DNA of 64,000 bases from an uncultured bacterium (GTDB lineage: Bacteria; Babelota; Babeliae; Babelales; Vermiphilaceae): NCBI GenBank assembly GCA_963702025.1, contig OY969699.1, positions 1,088,001-1,152,000 of the forward strand. Direction: 5' to 3'. The notes under the pieces were generated by a model, which was not told the DNA's origin, searched no databases, and saw nothing but the letters and a program-made list of their open reading frames with translations. Both the position numbers and the translations under genes were made by a program. Below, piece by piece: positions 17,515-27,514 of this stretch. Every line of letters starts with the position of its first letter. Within the stretch, counting starts at the first letter, position 1.

Positions 17515-19308
17515 ATGAAGAATATGATTCAAAAATTTTTTAATGCCATTCTGTTATGCGCATTATGTGCACCTTCCCTTTCTGCTCGGGTGGAAAGCCC
17601 GGCAGGAGGAATTCCTGATTTTTCTGAAGAAGATATTAAATTCATTGAGGATGCACAAAAAAAAGCTAAGGAGATGGTTGATGCTTTGCCAACCGAAGCT
17701 GAATTGCGTCGGCGGGGGTTTACCGAAGAACAAATTAAAAATACCGATACGCGAGAAAAGTTTGATAAAGAAGTTGCGCGACTTTCGGCAATGACTGAAG
17801 ATGAACTTTTGGCTGAAATTGAAAAGATGATTAATGAAGTAAACGAGGCGCAAACACCGGAAGCAAAACCGACTATGCCACCCGCAAGCATTATTCAAGA
17901 AGAAGAAAAGCCGGCTGTAAAACCTGTGGTGCCAACCAATAAACAACAAGCGGCACTATCTTTGATCGATAATACGATTATGCAAGTTAATAATTTCTTA
18001 GGCAAGGCACAGCTGATGGCCGAATTGCCAAGCAAAATCCCGAATTGGGTTAAAGAAGGCAAACTGAAAGGTTTCCCGGAAGCTCTTTCATGGAACACTC
18101 TGAAAAATAAATCTGAAGAACTGGTTGCCAAACTTAATAAAGTTAAGGATCGCGATACAAAAACCAATGCCTATAAATATCTTGATGATTTCATGAAAGA
18201 TGAATCACTCTATAATAACATCACCAAGATTAAAGATGCTTTAACAATCAATAATCCTAAAATTGAATTATCACCGTTTGGTGTTGATAAAATGACATCC
18301 CCAGCGCGCCAATCTACCAGAACCGTGCTCCTGAATTTGCATGAAGCAACATCGCTGCTCAATATTACTACTGCACTTGATAAGATTTTTGAAAAATATG
18401 AACCGACTGCAAAAAAAATAAAAGAATCGGAAGAAGCGGCACAAAAAAAAGCATTCGAACAATCCCAAATTCCGCGAAGACCGGGAGAAACCACCCGCGT
18501 TGGCAGACCGGCACAACCGCGTGAAGCATACGGCAGAGAATATGAAACAGAACGCGGCCGCGGCGGCTATACTCCTCAATACTATGAGCCTTCCCGGCGT
18601 GGGGAGACCCCTTCAGAAACCAAAAAACCAGGTGGTGCACCAGGAGCAGGCGGTGGCGCAGCAAAGCCAGGCGAAGCAAAAAAACCTGAGGAAGCCAAAA
18701 AGCCGGAAGAAAAAACAAAAAGAGAAGAGGATAAAAAGGCTGAAGCAATTGAAACTGCATTTATCAATGCACTTGCTAGTTTTGAAGAAACTACTGAGAA
18801 TGTCCCTAATCTTAAAGAACTTGAAAAGCATTTTAAAGACAAGAATTTTGTTGATGAAGAATTGATGAATGCAATAAAGCCGGCCACACAAGCCATTGGT
18901 AAGGCGGTGAGAGCAGTCAGCAATATGAAGAATCAACTTAAAAAATTGAATGACGCGCAGAAAAAAGAATACCGAAAATCAATCAAAGATTTGTATAAAG
19001 ATGCAAGCAAAGAGATTGATAAGATATTGAACCAAATTAACAATCTCAGTAAAGCAAACAAGCCAATGACGATGGCCGCCATGAGCAATAGTGACCAGTT
19101 AAACTACATGGCAAAGTATTTTGCTTATTTCGGCAAAGAATTGCAATCTGGAATGGAAAAATATATTCAAGATAAGAAAGCCGTGGCAGCACCGCCAACG
19201 GCTCAAGAGGCGAAGATCGAAGAGTTGCTCAAAAAGACCTCGGTTCCTAACCTTAATGATTTGAAAGCAAAAATACAGGAATTGAAAAAGACTGTTGATG
19301 AGCTTTAA
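17515..19308 (+). CDS. Large secreted coiled-coil hypothetical protein
   Basis: Signal peptide; K/E-rich helical regions separated by P/G/R-rich low-complexity linkers. Confidence 0.8.
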   Translation: MKNMIQKFFNAILLCALCAPSLSARVESPAGGIPDFSEEDIKFIEDAQKKAKEMVDALPTEAELRRRGFTEEQIKNTDTREKFDKEVARLSAMTEDELLAEIEKMINEVNEAQTPEAKPTMPPASIIQEEEKPAVKPVVPTNKQQAALSLIDNTIMQVNNFLGKAQLMAELPSKIPNWVKEGKLKGFPEALSWNTLKNKSEELVAKLNKVKDRDTKTNAYKYLDDFMKDESLYNNITKIKDALTINNPKIELSPFGVDKMTSPARQSTRTVLLNLHEATSLLNITTALDKIFEKYEPTAKKIKESEEAAQKKAFEQSQIPRRPGETTRVGRPAQPREAYGREYETERGRGGYTPQYYEPSRRGETPSETKKPGGAPGAGGGAAKPGEAKKPEEAKKPEEKTKREEDKKAEAIETAFINALASFEETTENVPNLKELEKHFKDKNFVDEELMNAIKPATQAIGKAVRAVSNMKNQLKKLNDAQKKEYRKSIKDLYKDASKEIDKILNQINNLSKANKPMTMAAMSNSDQLNYMAKYFAYFGKELQSGMEKYIQDKKAVAAPPTAQEAKIEELLKKTSVPNLNDLKAKIQELKKTVDEL

Positions 19309-19330
19309 TATTTGAGAACAGATATATTTT

Positions 19331-19370
19331 AAACGGGCGCATACTAAAAATTTGTGCCCGTTTTATTTTT
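19331..19370 (+). terminator. Intrinsic terminator
   Basis: aaacgggcgca...tgtgcccgttt followed by T-rich sequence. Confidence 0.6.
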
Positions 19371-19490
19371 GGAAAAGACGTGCGGAAAAGTTTATTTTAA
19401 CATAATTAATAATTATCCGCCGCACGGCGATTTTTGAATTCCGTGTATTGCTTCGTAAATAATAGCGAAGTGAATGAGGTTTATTGGTAA

Positions 19491-19697
19491 TTCTACATAA
19501 TAAAATTATTACCAGCACCTAATATCAATGCTACTTTAAAAGATTTTGAAGCTCACGGAGAGCCAATAATAGATAAAGCTTCATTTCGTGGTGGAAGACC
19601 GTGGGATCAATTTATTGTTAAAGTAAATGCAATTGGTGAGGGTTTAAAACAAAGCAGGATAGAAATTCTTTATAATCCCAAAGAAAAGCCGCTATAA
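19491..19697 (+). pseudogene. Start-less coding remnant
   Basis: Open frame of about 68 codons (…LLPAPNINATLKDFEAHGEP…FRGGRPWDQFIVKVN…KPL*) with no ATG. Confidence 0.35.
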
Positions 19698-19719
19698 ATA
19701 GTTTTACAGTCTCAATAAA

Positions 19720-20337
19720 TTAAATCACCAGCGGCTCGATGTTCTTTAGAAGTTTAATAATTGAGGCATTGCCATCAAGAGAAACAAAATGATATTTCTT
19801 TTTAAAATGTTCAATCAATTGGTATCGATGTTCAAAGTAACGATTATAACGCTGAGAAAATTGATCCTTTGCATCATCAGAACGTTGTCGACCCAAAACT
19901 CTTTTTTCAGCTTCGTCCTGCTCAACTATAATTTCTATTGCGCCCCGAATTTTTATATGTGAATGTTTTGAAACAAACTGTTCAAATGCAACGAGGTATT
20001 CAAGAGTCGGATGCAAATCAACCAGAATTATCGATTTCTCTTCGTTTAATATTGCTTTTTCAATTACTGAAATATTAAGAGGAATCGGAACAATCTTTGC
20101 TTGTGAAAGAAAATCACGAATTATTTTTGCATCACTCGTATCTTTAAGCGCTTCTTCACGTAATAACTGGCCAACCGAATAATGCGCTATTGTATTGCTA
20201 TGTAAATTTTTTATGTGTCCGGCAACCGTTGTTTTGCCGCTTCCGGATGGGCCAATAATAAAAAAAATTTTCTTTGTGTTTGATAAACAGAAAAAATGCA
20301 GCGTAAAAAGGGAGGCGCATAATAATATTTTTTTCAT
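19720..20337 (-). CDS. Adenylate/nucleoside monophosphate kinase-like protein with signal peptide
   Basis: P-loop GPSGSGKTT, 'HYSVGQLLREE', 'RQRSDD' (short-LID type). Confidence 0.8.
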   Translation of the reverse strand: MKKILLCASLFTLHFFCLSNTKKIFFIIGPSGSGKTTVAGHIKNLHSNTIAHYSVGQLLREEALKDTSDAKIIRDFLSQAKIVPIPLNISVIEKAILNEEKSIILVDLHPTLEYLVAFEQFVSKHSHIKIRGAIEIIVEQDEAEKRVLGRQRSDDAKDQFSQRYNRYFEHRYQLIEHFKKKYHFVSLDGNASIIKLLKNIEPLVI

Positions 20338-20399
20338 GGCAATTCCTCGACATACCAAATTTTCATTGCAAGAATCTGAACAAGAAAAGATGCTGAGAA

Positions 20400-23312
20400 T
20401 TATTTGTTTACTATTCCTGCACAACGCGCACAGAGACCATGCTCATGCACGGTTTCTTTCCACTGCCAGCAACGGGGGCATTTTTGTCCGGGCGCTTTTT
20501 CAATAAGCACCGAGAGTCCTGGAAATTCTGAATCAGGAAGAGTATGATCACCCTGCACAAGAACCACTTTTGAAACAATGAAAAATTCTTCAAAGAATCC
20601 ATGAATGCCTTGCGGCGTTTTTCTTAAATCAGCACATAAATCATGAAAACTTTGTGCAAAAGGCGCTTTTTCATCGACATGCATAATCACTTGTGCTTCG
20701 AGTGAATGTTTGATGATCCCCTTTTCCCGCAATCCTTCGATTGCTTTTAAAACGGCAGAACGAATTGCGCGCAGCATTTGCCACCGCTCTTGATATGATG
20801 CGGCATATTCTATTTCTTTCTCAGACACAGATTGCTGCTCGAATTGTTCTTTGGAAAGCGAAGAAACCTGATGGCTGACCAACTGTTTCCAAATAGTTGA
20901 TAAATGAGCAAATTCTTGCAAATGAATCGATGTTTTTTTATTTTTCTGATAATTATCAGAAACCTGTTCGGCAGTGAAAGACATTACCGGCGCCATCAAT
21001 CGCGTGAGTGTATCGAGAATGTACCAACAGGTGGTTTGCGCGGATCGGCGCAAGGCGCCATCTGCTTTTTCCACATACAAGCGATCTTTAATAATATCAA
21101 GATAAAATGAACTTAATTCTGATGAACAATAATCACTCAACGCATGAAAAACAGCGGTAAAATCGTATCGTTGATATGCCTTTAAAATAGTAAGATTCAA
21201 GTTATGCAAGGTGATTAAGGCATACTGGTCTATTATCATCAGCTTATCAAGTGGCATCGCGTCTTTTCCATAATCAAAATCATACAGATTGGATAACAAG
21301 AAACGCGCGGTGTTTCTCACCTTACGATATACTTCTTTCACATTATCAAGTAAAAGTGGCGAGACGATCGCCTCACCGGAAATATCAATGCTTGATGCCC
21401 ACAATCGAAGACCATCGGTGCCCAACTGATCCACCATCTCTTGCGGACTCACCACATTGCCCAACGATTTGGACATTTTTCTCCCTTGACCATCAACGGT
21501 GAATCCATGGGTAACGATCGTTTTCATCGGTGCTTTTTTTTCCAACACAACACTGGTGAGCAAAGAGCTTTGGAACCATGCGCGATGCTGATCCTTGCCT
21601 TCCAAATACATATCGGCCGGAAATGCCTGTTTTGGATTATTCAAAAGAACCGCATAATGGCTCACACCCGACTCAAACCAAACATCGAGAATATCATTTT
21701 CTTTAATAATTTCCGTTTTTTTGCACAACGGACAGAGATAATTTTTTGGTAATAGATCGGCAACCGTTGCATCGTCCCAGTATTCTATTCCTTTTTTTGC
21801 CACTTCATCAGCTACCTTATTAATAAGCTCGGGAGTGCTATACGTAAAATCACAACCGGTGCAAATCAATGCAGGGATCGGCACACCCCACGTTCGTTGA
21901 CGGGAAAGCACCCATTCTAAACGCCCTTCCAATGTTGATTTGAGGCGATTGATAGATTTTTCGGGCAACGTATGAATAGTATCGGCAGAAGTAACAGCAT
22001 TTTCCCGCAAATTATTTTTTTCTAAATCACAAAACCATTGTTTGGTTGCTCTAAAAATTAAAGGATCTCCGCTGCGCCAACAATGAGGATATGAATGCTT
22101 AATTGATGTTTTGTGGAATAATTTGCCCAATTCCGCCAGTTTTTTTATCACCCAAATTTGCCCATCTTTAACTGGCATCCCTATTAATTCTTGGGGCTCT
22201 ATGCCTTGGGTATATTTACCATCAGGGCTAATTGGTGAAAAAATCTCCAGATCATTGCGCACACCCACTTCATAATCTTCAGGGCCACAACCGGGCGCAC
22301 AATGCACAAATGCAGTTCCATCATCCAAACTAACGTTTTCGGAAAGGATAAGAGGCACGGTCACCGGTAAAAAAGGATGGTGCACGCGAGCACCACTGGC
22401 AACCAACTGTTCTGCCATAAATTCGCCAACAATTTTTTTCTCAACACCCATCATTGCAGCAATCTTATCGGCAAGCGCACGCGCCACAGCAACTAACGTA
22501 TCATTGATGTCAAGAACCACATATTCTGCCCCCGGTTTTAAAAGAACAGCTCTATTGAGTGGCAAGGTCCAAGGCGTTGTGGTCCAGATAAGCAAGTTGA
22601 CCGTGCGGTTGGCAAGGTTGGCAAAAAGATGGGTCACTGCCTTTTGCTCAAGGGGGAACAGCACAAAAATTGAAGGATCTTTTTGATCCTGATATTCAAT
22701 TTCAGCTTGCGCCAGCACTGTCTGGCAAGAAGCACACCATGGCACTGTTTTATTTTTGCGCTCGATGTAACCGCCTTCAACAAATTGAGCAAAGGCACGC
22801 AAAATGGCAGCCTCATAACTAAAATCCATGGTGGTGTAGGGATGGTTCCAGTCCATTAAAACGCCGAGTTTTTTAAACTCTTCTCTTTGGATATCGATCC
22901 ACTTTTGCGCATAGGCCCGACACGCTTTTTTTAAGGCAGCACCTTTGAGGCCAGGATTTTCTTGGGCAACTTTGAGCTCGATTGGCAAACCATGGCAATC
23001 CCAACCGGGAATGACCGGCACCTGTTTGCCCATCATGCGCTGCGATTTGGTAACAATATCTTTTAAAATTTTATTATAAGCGTGTCCAACGTGAATGTGG
23101 CCATTTGCATAGGGAGGGCCATCATGCAAAATATAGCGCTCACTTCCATAATGCATATCAAACGATTTTTCATAAAGGTTTTCTTCCTGCCAACGAGCCA
23201 GCATCAATGGATCATCAATTTTGGGGGTAGCACGAATAGGAAAATCGGTGCGGGGTAGATTAAGCGTATCTTTATAACTCACTTTAGGTTCGGTAGAGGA
23301 TTGGTCTGCCAT
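20400..23312 (-). CDS. ileS: Isoleucine--tRNA ligase
   Basis: 'LHDGPPYANGHIHVGH', 'WTTTPWTLP', KMSKS, C-terminal zinc finger CPRC..CARC. Confidence 0.98.
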   Translation of the reverse strand: MADQSSTEPKVSYKDTLNLPRTDFPIRATPKIDDPLMLARWQEENLYEKSFDMHYGSERYILHDGPPYANGHIHVGHAYNKILKDIVTKSQRMMGKQVPVIPGWDCHGLPIELKVAQENPGLKGAALKKACRAYAQKWIDIQREEFKKLGVLMDWNHPYTTMDFSYEAAILRAFAQFVEGGYIERKNKTVPWCASCQTVLAQAEIEYQDQKDPSIFVLFPLEQKAVTHLFANLANRTVNLLIWTTTPWTLPLNRAVLLKPGAEYVVLDINDTLVAVARALADKIAAMMGVEKKIVGEFMAEQLVASGARVHHPFLPVTVPLILSENVSLDDGTAFVHCAPGCGPEDYEVGVRNDLEIFSPISPDGKYTQGIEPQELIGMPVKDGQIWVIKKLAELGKLFHKTSIKHSYPHCWRSGDPLIFRATKQWFCDLEKNNLRENAVTSADTIHTLPEKSINRLKSTLEGRLEWVLSRQRTWGVPIPALICTGCDFTYSTPELINKVADEVAKKGIEYWDDATVADLLPKNYLCPLCKKTEIIKENDILDVWFESGVSHYAVLLNNPKQAFPADMYLEGKDQHRAWFQSSLLTSVVLEKKAPMKTIVTHGFTVDGQGRKMSKSLGNVVSPQEMVDQLGTDGLRLWASSIDISGEAIVSPLLLDNVKEVYRKVRNTARFLLSNLYDFDYGKDAMPLDKLMIIDQYALITLHNLNLTILKAYQRYDFTAVFHALSDYCSSELSSFYLDIIKDRLYVEKADGALRRSAQTTCWYILDTLTRLMAPVMSFTAEQVSDNYQKNKKTSIHLQEFAHLSTIWKQLVSHQVSSLSKEQFEQQSVSEKEIEYAASYQERWQMLRAIRSAVLKAIEGLREKGIIKHSLEAQVIMHVDEKAPFAQSFHDLCADLRKTPQGIHGFFEEFFIVSKVVLVQGDHTLPDSEFPGLSVLIEKAPGQKCPRCWQWKETVHEHGLCARCAGIVNK

Positions 23313-23434
23313 GATTAAAAAATCCCTGTACGTTAATTGAATCTCAATAAAAACTAGTGTAGCATTATTTCATATTTTGTCAGAAAAAATGATTTCATTC
23401 GTCTTATAAAGTAAGGAAATCCGCATTGAGGGGC

Positions 23435-24793
23435 ATGAGTAAAAAAATTGGCATTTGGGGCTTGGGGGTTGTCGGCAAATCTGCCATTCCTTATTTTCAT
23501 CAAAACAAATACCACATCGAAGCTCTCGACAAGCGCACTCCAACACCAGAAGAACAGCAACTTTTAGAGTATTATGACGTGCCCTTTTATACCCATGATG
23601 ATTTACCACAGTTTCTGGAACGCAACGATGTTATTCTTGCTGCCTGTGGTATCGATTTGAGGCCCTACAGCGCCTATGCCCATAAATGGCTCTCTGAATT
23701 GGATATTTTTGGCCAAGAATGCACCGCCCCTATTATCGCTATCACCGGCTCGGTTGGCAAAACCACCATCACCCATTTGCTTTCGGAACTCCTCAAAGAT
23801 CAGGGCAAAAAAGTTTTCACCGGTGGCAATATCGGTGTTGGATTGTTAGATAGTATCAGCCAGGCAAATGCCAGTGATTATGTGGTGCTTGAGTGCTCTA
23901 GTTTTCAACTTGAGCGAAGCGCCAGCTTTGCCCCGCACGTGGCCATATGTAGCAATATTTACCCCAATCACCTTGATCGCCATGGAACTTTAGAAAATTA
24001 TGTTGTGGCTAAATTGCAAATCTTTGCGCATCAAAAAAAATCTGATCTGCTGATTCTCCCATTTTGCCTATTCGAGAGTGTAGCGAATGCAATAAAAGAA
24101 GAGCGCGCCATCTGTTTTTTTTCCGTACTAGAACCGGAACAATCAGCTTTAAAAAAACTCAAGAATAATCATACGCTCTATTTTTTACATAATTCGTCTT
24201 TGATGATGCGTTATCAGACAAAATGCACAGAAATATTCGATTTCATGAAGCTTCCGGAAGTTACGTATCAAGATAACATTGTGCTCTTGGCAACCACCCT
24301 TCATACGTTAAACATACCGTTGAATGCATTTACCAAAATTCTGGACCGTCAGGCATTACCAAAACATCGGCTCGAAAAAATTGCCACCATAAACTCGGTA
24401 GATTTTTACGATGATTCAAAAGCAACAATTCCTGCATCTACCCTCGCTGCACTTGAAAAAATAACTGGCAAACCAACAATTCTCTTTTTAGGAGGCATTA
24501 GCAAAGGAGTCAATCGACAAGATTTGGTGGCACAAGTGGCAACCAAGGTTCGTTTTATTTATTGCTTTGGTAAAGAAGCGAAAGAACTAAAGCGCTTTTG
24601 TGACCTCTATCAAATTCCGGCCTTGAGTTGCGCAACACTCGATGAAGCATTCGGCCACCTGCCATCATTATTGCAGAATAATGATCAGATTCTTTTTTCT
24701 CCGGCCGGCGCCAGCTATGATCTATTCGCCGATTACAAAGAACGGGGAAACCAATTTAGAAATTTAGTTGAACAACTTAAGAAGAATTCTTGA
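23435..24793 (+). CDS. murD: UDP-MurNAc-L-Ala--D-Glu ligase
   Basis: 'AITGSVGKTT', 'ECSSFQL', 'NHLDRH', 'DDSKAT', 'SPAGASYD', 'ERG'. Confidence 0.93.
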   Translation: MSKKIGIWGLGVVGKSAIPYFHQNKYHIEALDKRTPTPEEQQLLEYYDVPFYTHDDLPQFLERNDVILAACGIDLRPYSAYAHKWLSELDIFGQECTAPIIAITGSVGKTTITHLLSELLKDQGKKVFTGGNIGVGLLDSISQANASDYVVLECSSFQLERSASFAPHVAICSNIYPNHLDRHGTLENYVVAKLQIFAHQKKSDLLILPFCLFESVANAIKEERAICFFSVLEPEQSALKKLKNNHTLYFLHNSSLMMRYQTKCTEIFDFMKLPEVTYQDNIVLLATTLHTLNIPLNAFTKILDRQALPKHRLEKIATINSVDFYDDSKATIPASTLAALEKITGKPTILFLGGISKGVNRQDLVAQVATKVRFIYCFGKEAKELKRFCDLYQIPALSCATLDEAFGHLPSLLQNNDQILFSPAGASYDLFADYKERGNQFRNLVEQLKKNS

Positions 24794-24863
24794 CACCTTA
24801 AGCGGCTGACAAGTAGCTTCGTAGATGCAAACAGATCTTTTAGAAATTAGTTAAGAAGCCTAC

Positions 24864-25979
24864 ATGATTATCCAAAAGAAGCAGTTAAAAAAAGATTTTT
24901 CAATTTTTATCACCATTGTTGGTATTCTTCTTATTATCGGTCTGCTTTTTATTTATTCCTCCAGTTCCGTATTTTCAATTGAGAAATTCGGCTCGGTGAA
25001 TTATTATTTTAAAAAGCAACTTTTAGGCCTCTTTATAGGAATTATTGCGGCAGTTATTATTCGTCATGTTCCGGTGCACCTCATTAAAGTTAGTTCGCCC
25101 TATTTTTTTTTAGTCTCATTGCTCATCACTTTGCTCACTATCATTACCCCGCTGGGTAAAAATATTCACGGTTCGGCACGATGGCTCTCATTGCCCGGCA
25201 TCTCATTTCAACCAAGCGAGTTGCTCAAAATATCTATTGTTTTATATTTTGCCTATTTTCTCTCTAAAAAAGAGAAAGTTGCACCCTCTTTTTTGCATGG
25301 CTATGTACCGCTTATGTTCATTCTGATTCTCACCAGCATATTGCTTCTGAAACAACCTGATTTTGGCTTAGTGGTAACGATTATTATCACCGTTTTTACG
25401 CTTTTTTTCATTGCGAACATGTATGTTAAATATATCGGCTACACACTGCTTGCCTGCATCCCGGTGGTTGGTGCTCTGATATTTCTTAAAGCATACCGCT
25501 TAAAACGAATACTGGTATTTTTAAATCCGTGGGCGGATGCACAAGGCGCCGGCTTTCAAATTATTCAGTCACTGATTGCCATTGGTTCTGGAGGATTTTT
25601 TGGCGTTGGCATTGGCCAATCAAAACAGAAATTTTTCTATTTGCCCATGCAACATACCGATTTCATTTTTTCCATCATTGCCGAAGAGACAGGATTTTTA
25701 GGCGCCAGCTTAGTGATTTTTCTCTTTTTGCTTTTTCTCTATTTTGGCCTCCGCATTTCTTTGCAACTCACCGATCGTTTTAGTATTTTTGCCTCATTCG
25801 GCTTAGTGATCTTAATTAGTCTGCAGGCACTCATTAATATTTATGTTGCCACCGGCTTAGCACCCACCAAAGGAATCGGTTTGCCATTCATCAGCTATGG
25901 TAACACCGCGCTCGTTTGCCAGATTATGATGATTGGCGTTATCAGCGCACTCGTGGCTCAAAATAGAAATCAGTCTTAA
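24864..25979 (+). CDS. ftsW: SEDS-family peptidoglycan polymerase FtsW
   Basis: 'FQPSELLK', 'QPDFG', 'HTDFIFSIIAEE', 'GIGLPFISYG'; downstream of murD. Confidence 0.93.
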   Translation: MIIQKKQLKKDFSIFITIVGILLIIGLLFIYSSSSVFSIEKFGSVNYYFKKQLLGLFIGIIAAVIIRHVPVHLIKVSSPYFFLVSLLITLLTIITPLGKNIHGSARWLSLPGISFQPSELLKISIVLYFAYFLSKKEKVAPSFLHGYVPLMFILILTSILLLKQPDFGLVVTIIITVFTLFFIANMYVKYIGYTLLACIPVVGALIFLKAYRLKRILVFLNPWADAQGAGFQIIQSLIAIGSGGFFGVGIGQSKQKFFYLPMQHTDFIFSIIAEETGFLGASLVIFLFLLFLYFGLRISLQLTDRFSIFASFGLVILISLQALINIYVATGLAPTKGIGLPFISYGNTALVCQIMMIGVISALVAQNRNQS

Positions 25980-26584
25980 GGGTTATTTTTTTCATTATAC
26001 TTTTTTTCCATTGCCCGCCAGATCTCTTGCGCTTCATCATAGGGTATATTATCTTCTTTTTTGCGCAAAACCGCAGTCGAAAACTGCTTATTTTCAACGG
26101 CACCGATCATATACCATTCACAACATTTTTTTGTATTCAGTGGCTCAATTTTGGTAAGTTGCAAACGTTCTTTTATTGCTGCTATAATGCTACTCCATTG
26201 CATTTGAGGATGAGCAGTCCAATCCACCAACTCAAATTCTCCCCATGGAGAAATTATTGACGTAAGGTTCACACTATGATTGCTCAGCACTAGCATGAGC
26301 CCTTGCATGGTTTGAAATGAATGAGAATTTACATCCGAACCTTTTGCTTGTCTTCGTATCAAATAAGATATTTGTCCTGAGCTTTTTTGTTCCTCTACAT
26401 GCTTCCAAACTAATTTCTCTATTTTTTTTAGCGCGATAAAATATTCATATGCTTCGTGCGTTACCCCAGTGAATGGATAATCCATTCGCGGTAAATTACA
26501 CGTCACCGCACTAAATGGGCAATCCATTCCCCCCAAACTACCAAAAATACAACTTACAACTAAAAATATACTGTAACCTTTCAT
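25976..26584 (-). CDS. Secreted hypothetical protein
   Basis: AAAGGA RBS; signal peptide followed by MDCPF. Confidence 0.7.
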   Translation of the reverse strand: MKGYSIFLVVSCIFGSLGGMDCPFSAVTCNLPRMDYPFTGVTHEAYEYFIALKKIEKLVWKHVEEQKSSGQISYLIRRQAKGSDVNSHSFQTMQGLMLVLSNHSVNLTSIISPWGEFELVDWTAHPQMQWSSIIAAIKERLQLTKIEPLNTKKCCEWYMIGAVENKQFSTAVLRKKEDNIPYDEAQEIWRAMEKKYNEKNNP

Positions 26585-26698
26585 GGTAATCCTTTCTAAT
26601 TAGGCAATAATCGTAGAAGAATAAATTAAAAAAAATATTTTGCAATTCACCAAACATGGTACAATAATCAGAAGTTAAAAATGTATGAAAGGTTTTTT

Positions 26699-27430
26699 AT
26701 GCAAGAACAATTAATGCCAGATGCAGTACCATGTGCGCCCGAAACCGTGCAACTTGATCCCTTAGGTGATGGCATCAGCTCAGTGCAGTTGATCCGCTTT
26801 TCCGGATCGGATGTGGATATAGTGAATGCCGCACGTGTTTCATATGGAAAATTCATCAGTCAAATGACCGAACGGGATGAGAAGTTAATCGCTTTCTTAA
26901 TGGAACATCATCACACCAGTCCTTTTGAACACAATCAACTTTCATTCCGTGTTAAATGCCCTATTTTTGTAATGCGCCAATGGATCAGACATCGCATGAA
27001 CTCTTACAACGAAATTTCTTACCGCTATGTTAAAGCGCCTCTTGAATTTTACATTCCTACTGTTTGGCGATATCAAGACACAAAAAACCGGCAAGGATCA
27101 GTGGGGGCTTTTGAAGACGCTCAACTGCGTGAAAAATATATTCATAGTTTAAATGTTGCTAAAGAAACGTATGAGCATTTGCTCGAAAGCGGCGTAGCGC
27201 GTGAGATTGCTCGCGGTCTGTTACCGGTGGCAACCTACACCGAATTTATTTTCACCTGTAACTTACATTCGCTCATGAATTTCTTAAGGCTCCGTCTTGA
27301 GGCGGGTGCACAGTGGGAAATTCGCGTGTTCGCGCAGGCATTATTAAAACTTGCCATGCCACACTTCCCTGCTTCATTGGGCAGTTGGAAAAAGAAATAT
27401 ATGCCCGATCTTGATTTAAATCAGTTTTGA
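26699..27430 (+). CDS. thyX: Flavin-dependent thymidylate synthase
   Basis: 'AARVSY', 'HTSPFE', ThyX motif 'RHRMNSYNEISYRY', 'AQWEIR'. Confidence 0.96.
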   Translation: MQEQLMPDAVPCAPETVQLDPLGDGISSVQLIRFSGSDVDIVNAARVSYGKFISQMTERDEKLIAFLMEHHHTSPFEHNQLSFRVKCPIFVMRQWIRHRMNSYNEISYRYVKAPLEFYIPTVWRYQDTKNRQGSVGAFEDAQLREKYIHSLNVAKETYEHLLESGVAREIARGLLPVATYTEFIFTCNLHSLMNFLRLRLEAGAQWEIRVFAQALLKLAMPHFPASLGSWKKKYMPDLDLNQF

Positions 27431-27458
27431 TAAGCGTACCATCGAATTTCAAAAACTG

Positions 27459-27485
27459 AGCCCCGGTTTTTTTCCGGGGCTTTTT
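27459..27485. terminator. Terminator between convergent thyX and pepA
   Basis: agccccgg-T7-ccggggct followed by a T run. Confidence 0.75.
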
Positions 27486-27514
27486 ACATAATCCAAAATT
27501 ATGCGAAATTATAG

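Noticed and set aside
17529..18936. Multiple antisense ORFs over the 597-aa gene and over other core genes (e.g. 28047-28655)
   Set aside because: These are reverse-frame shadows with no motifs or RBS.
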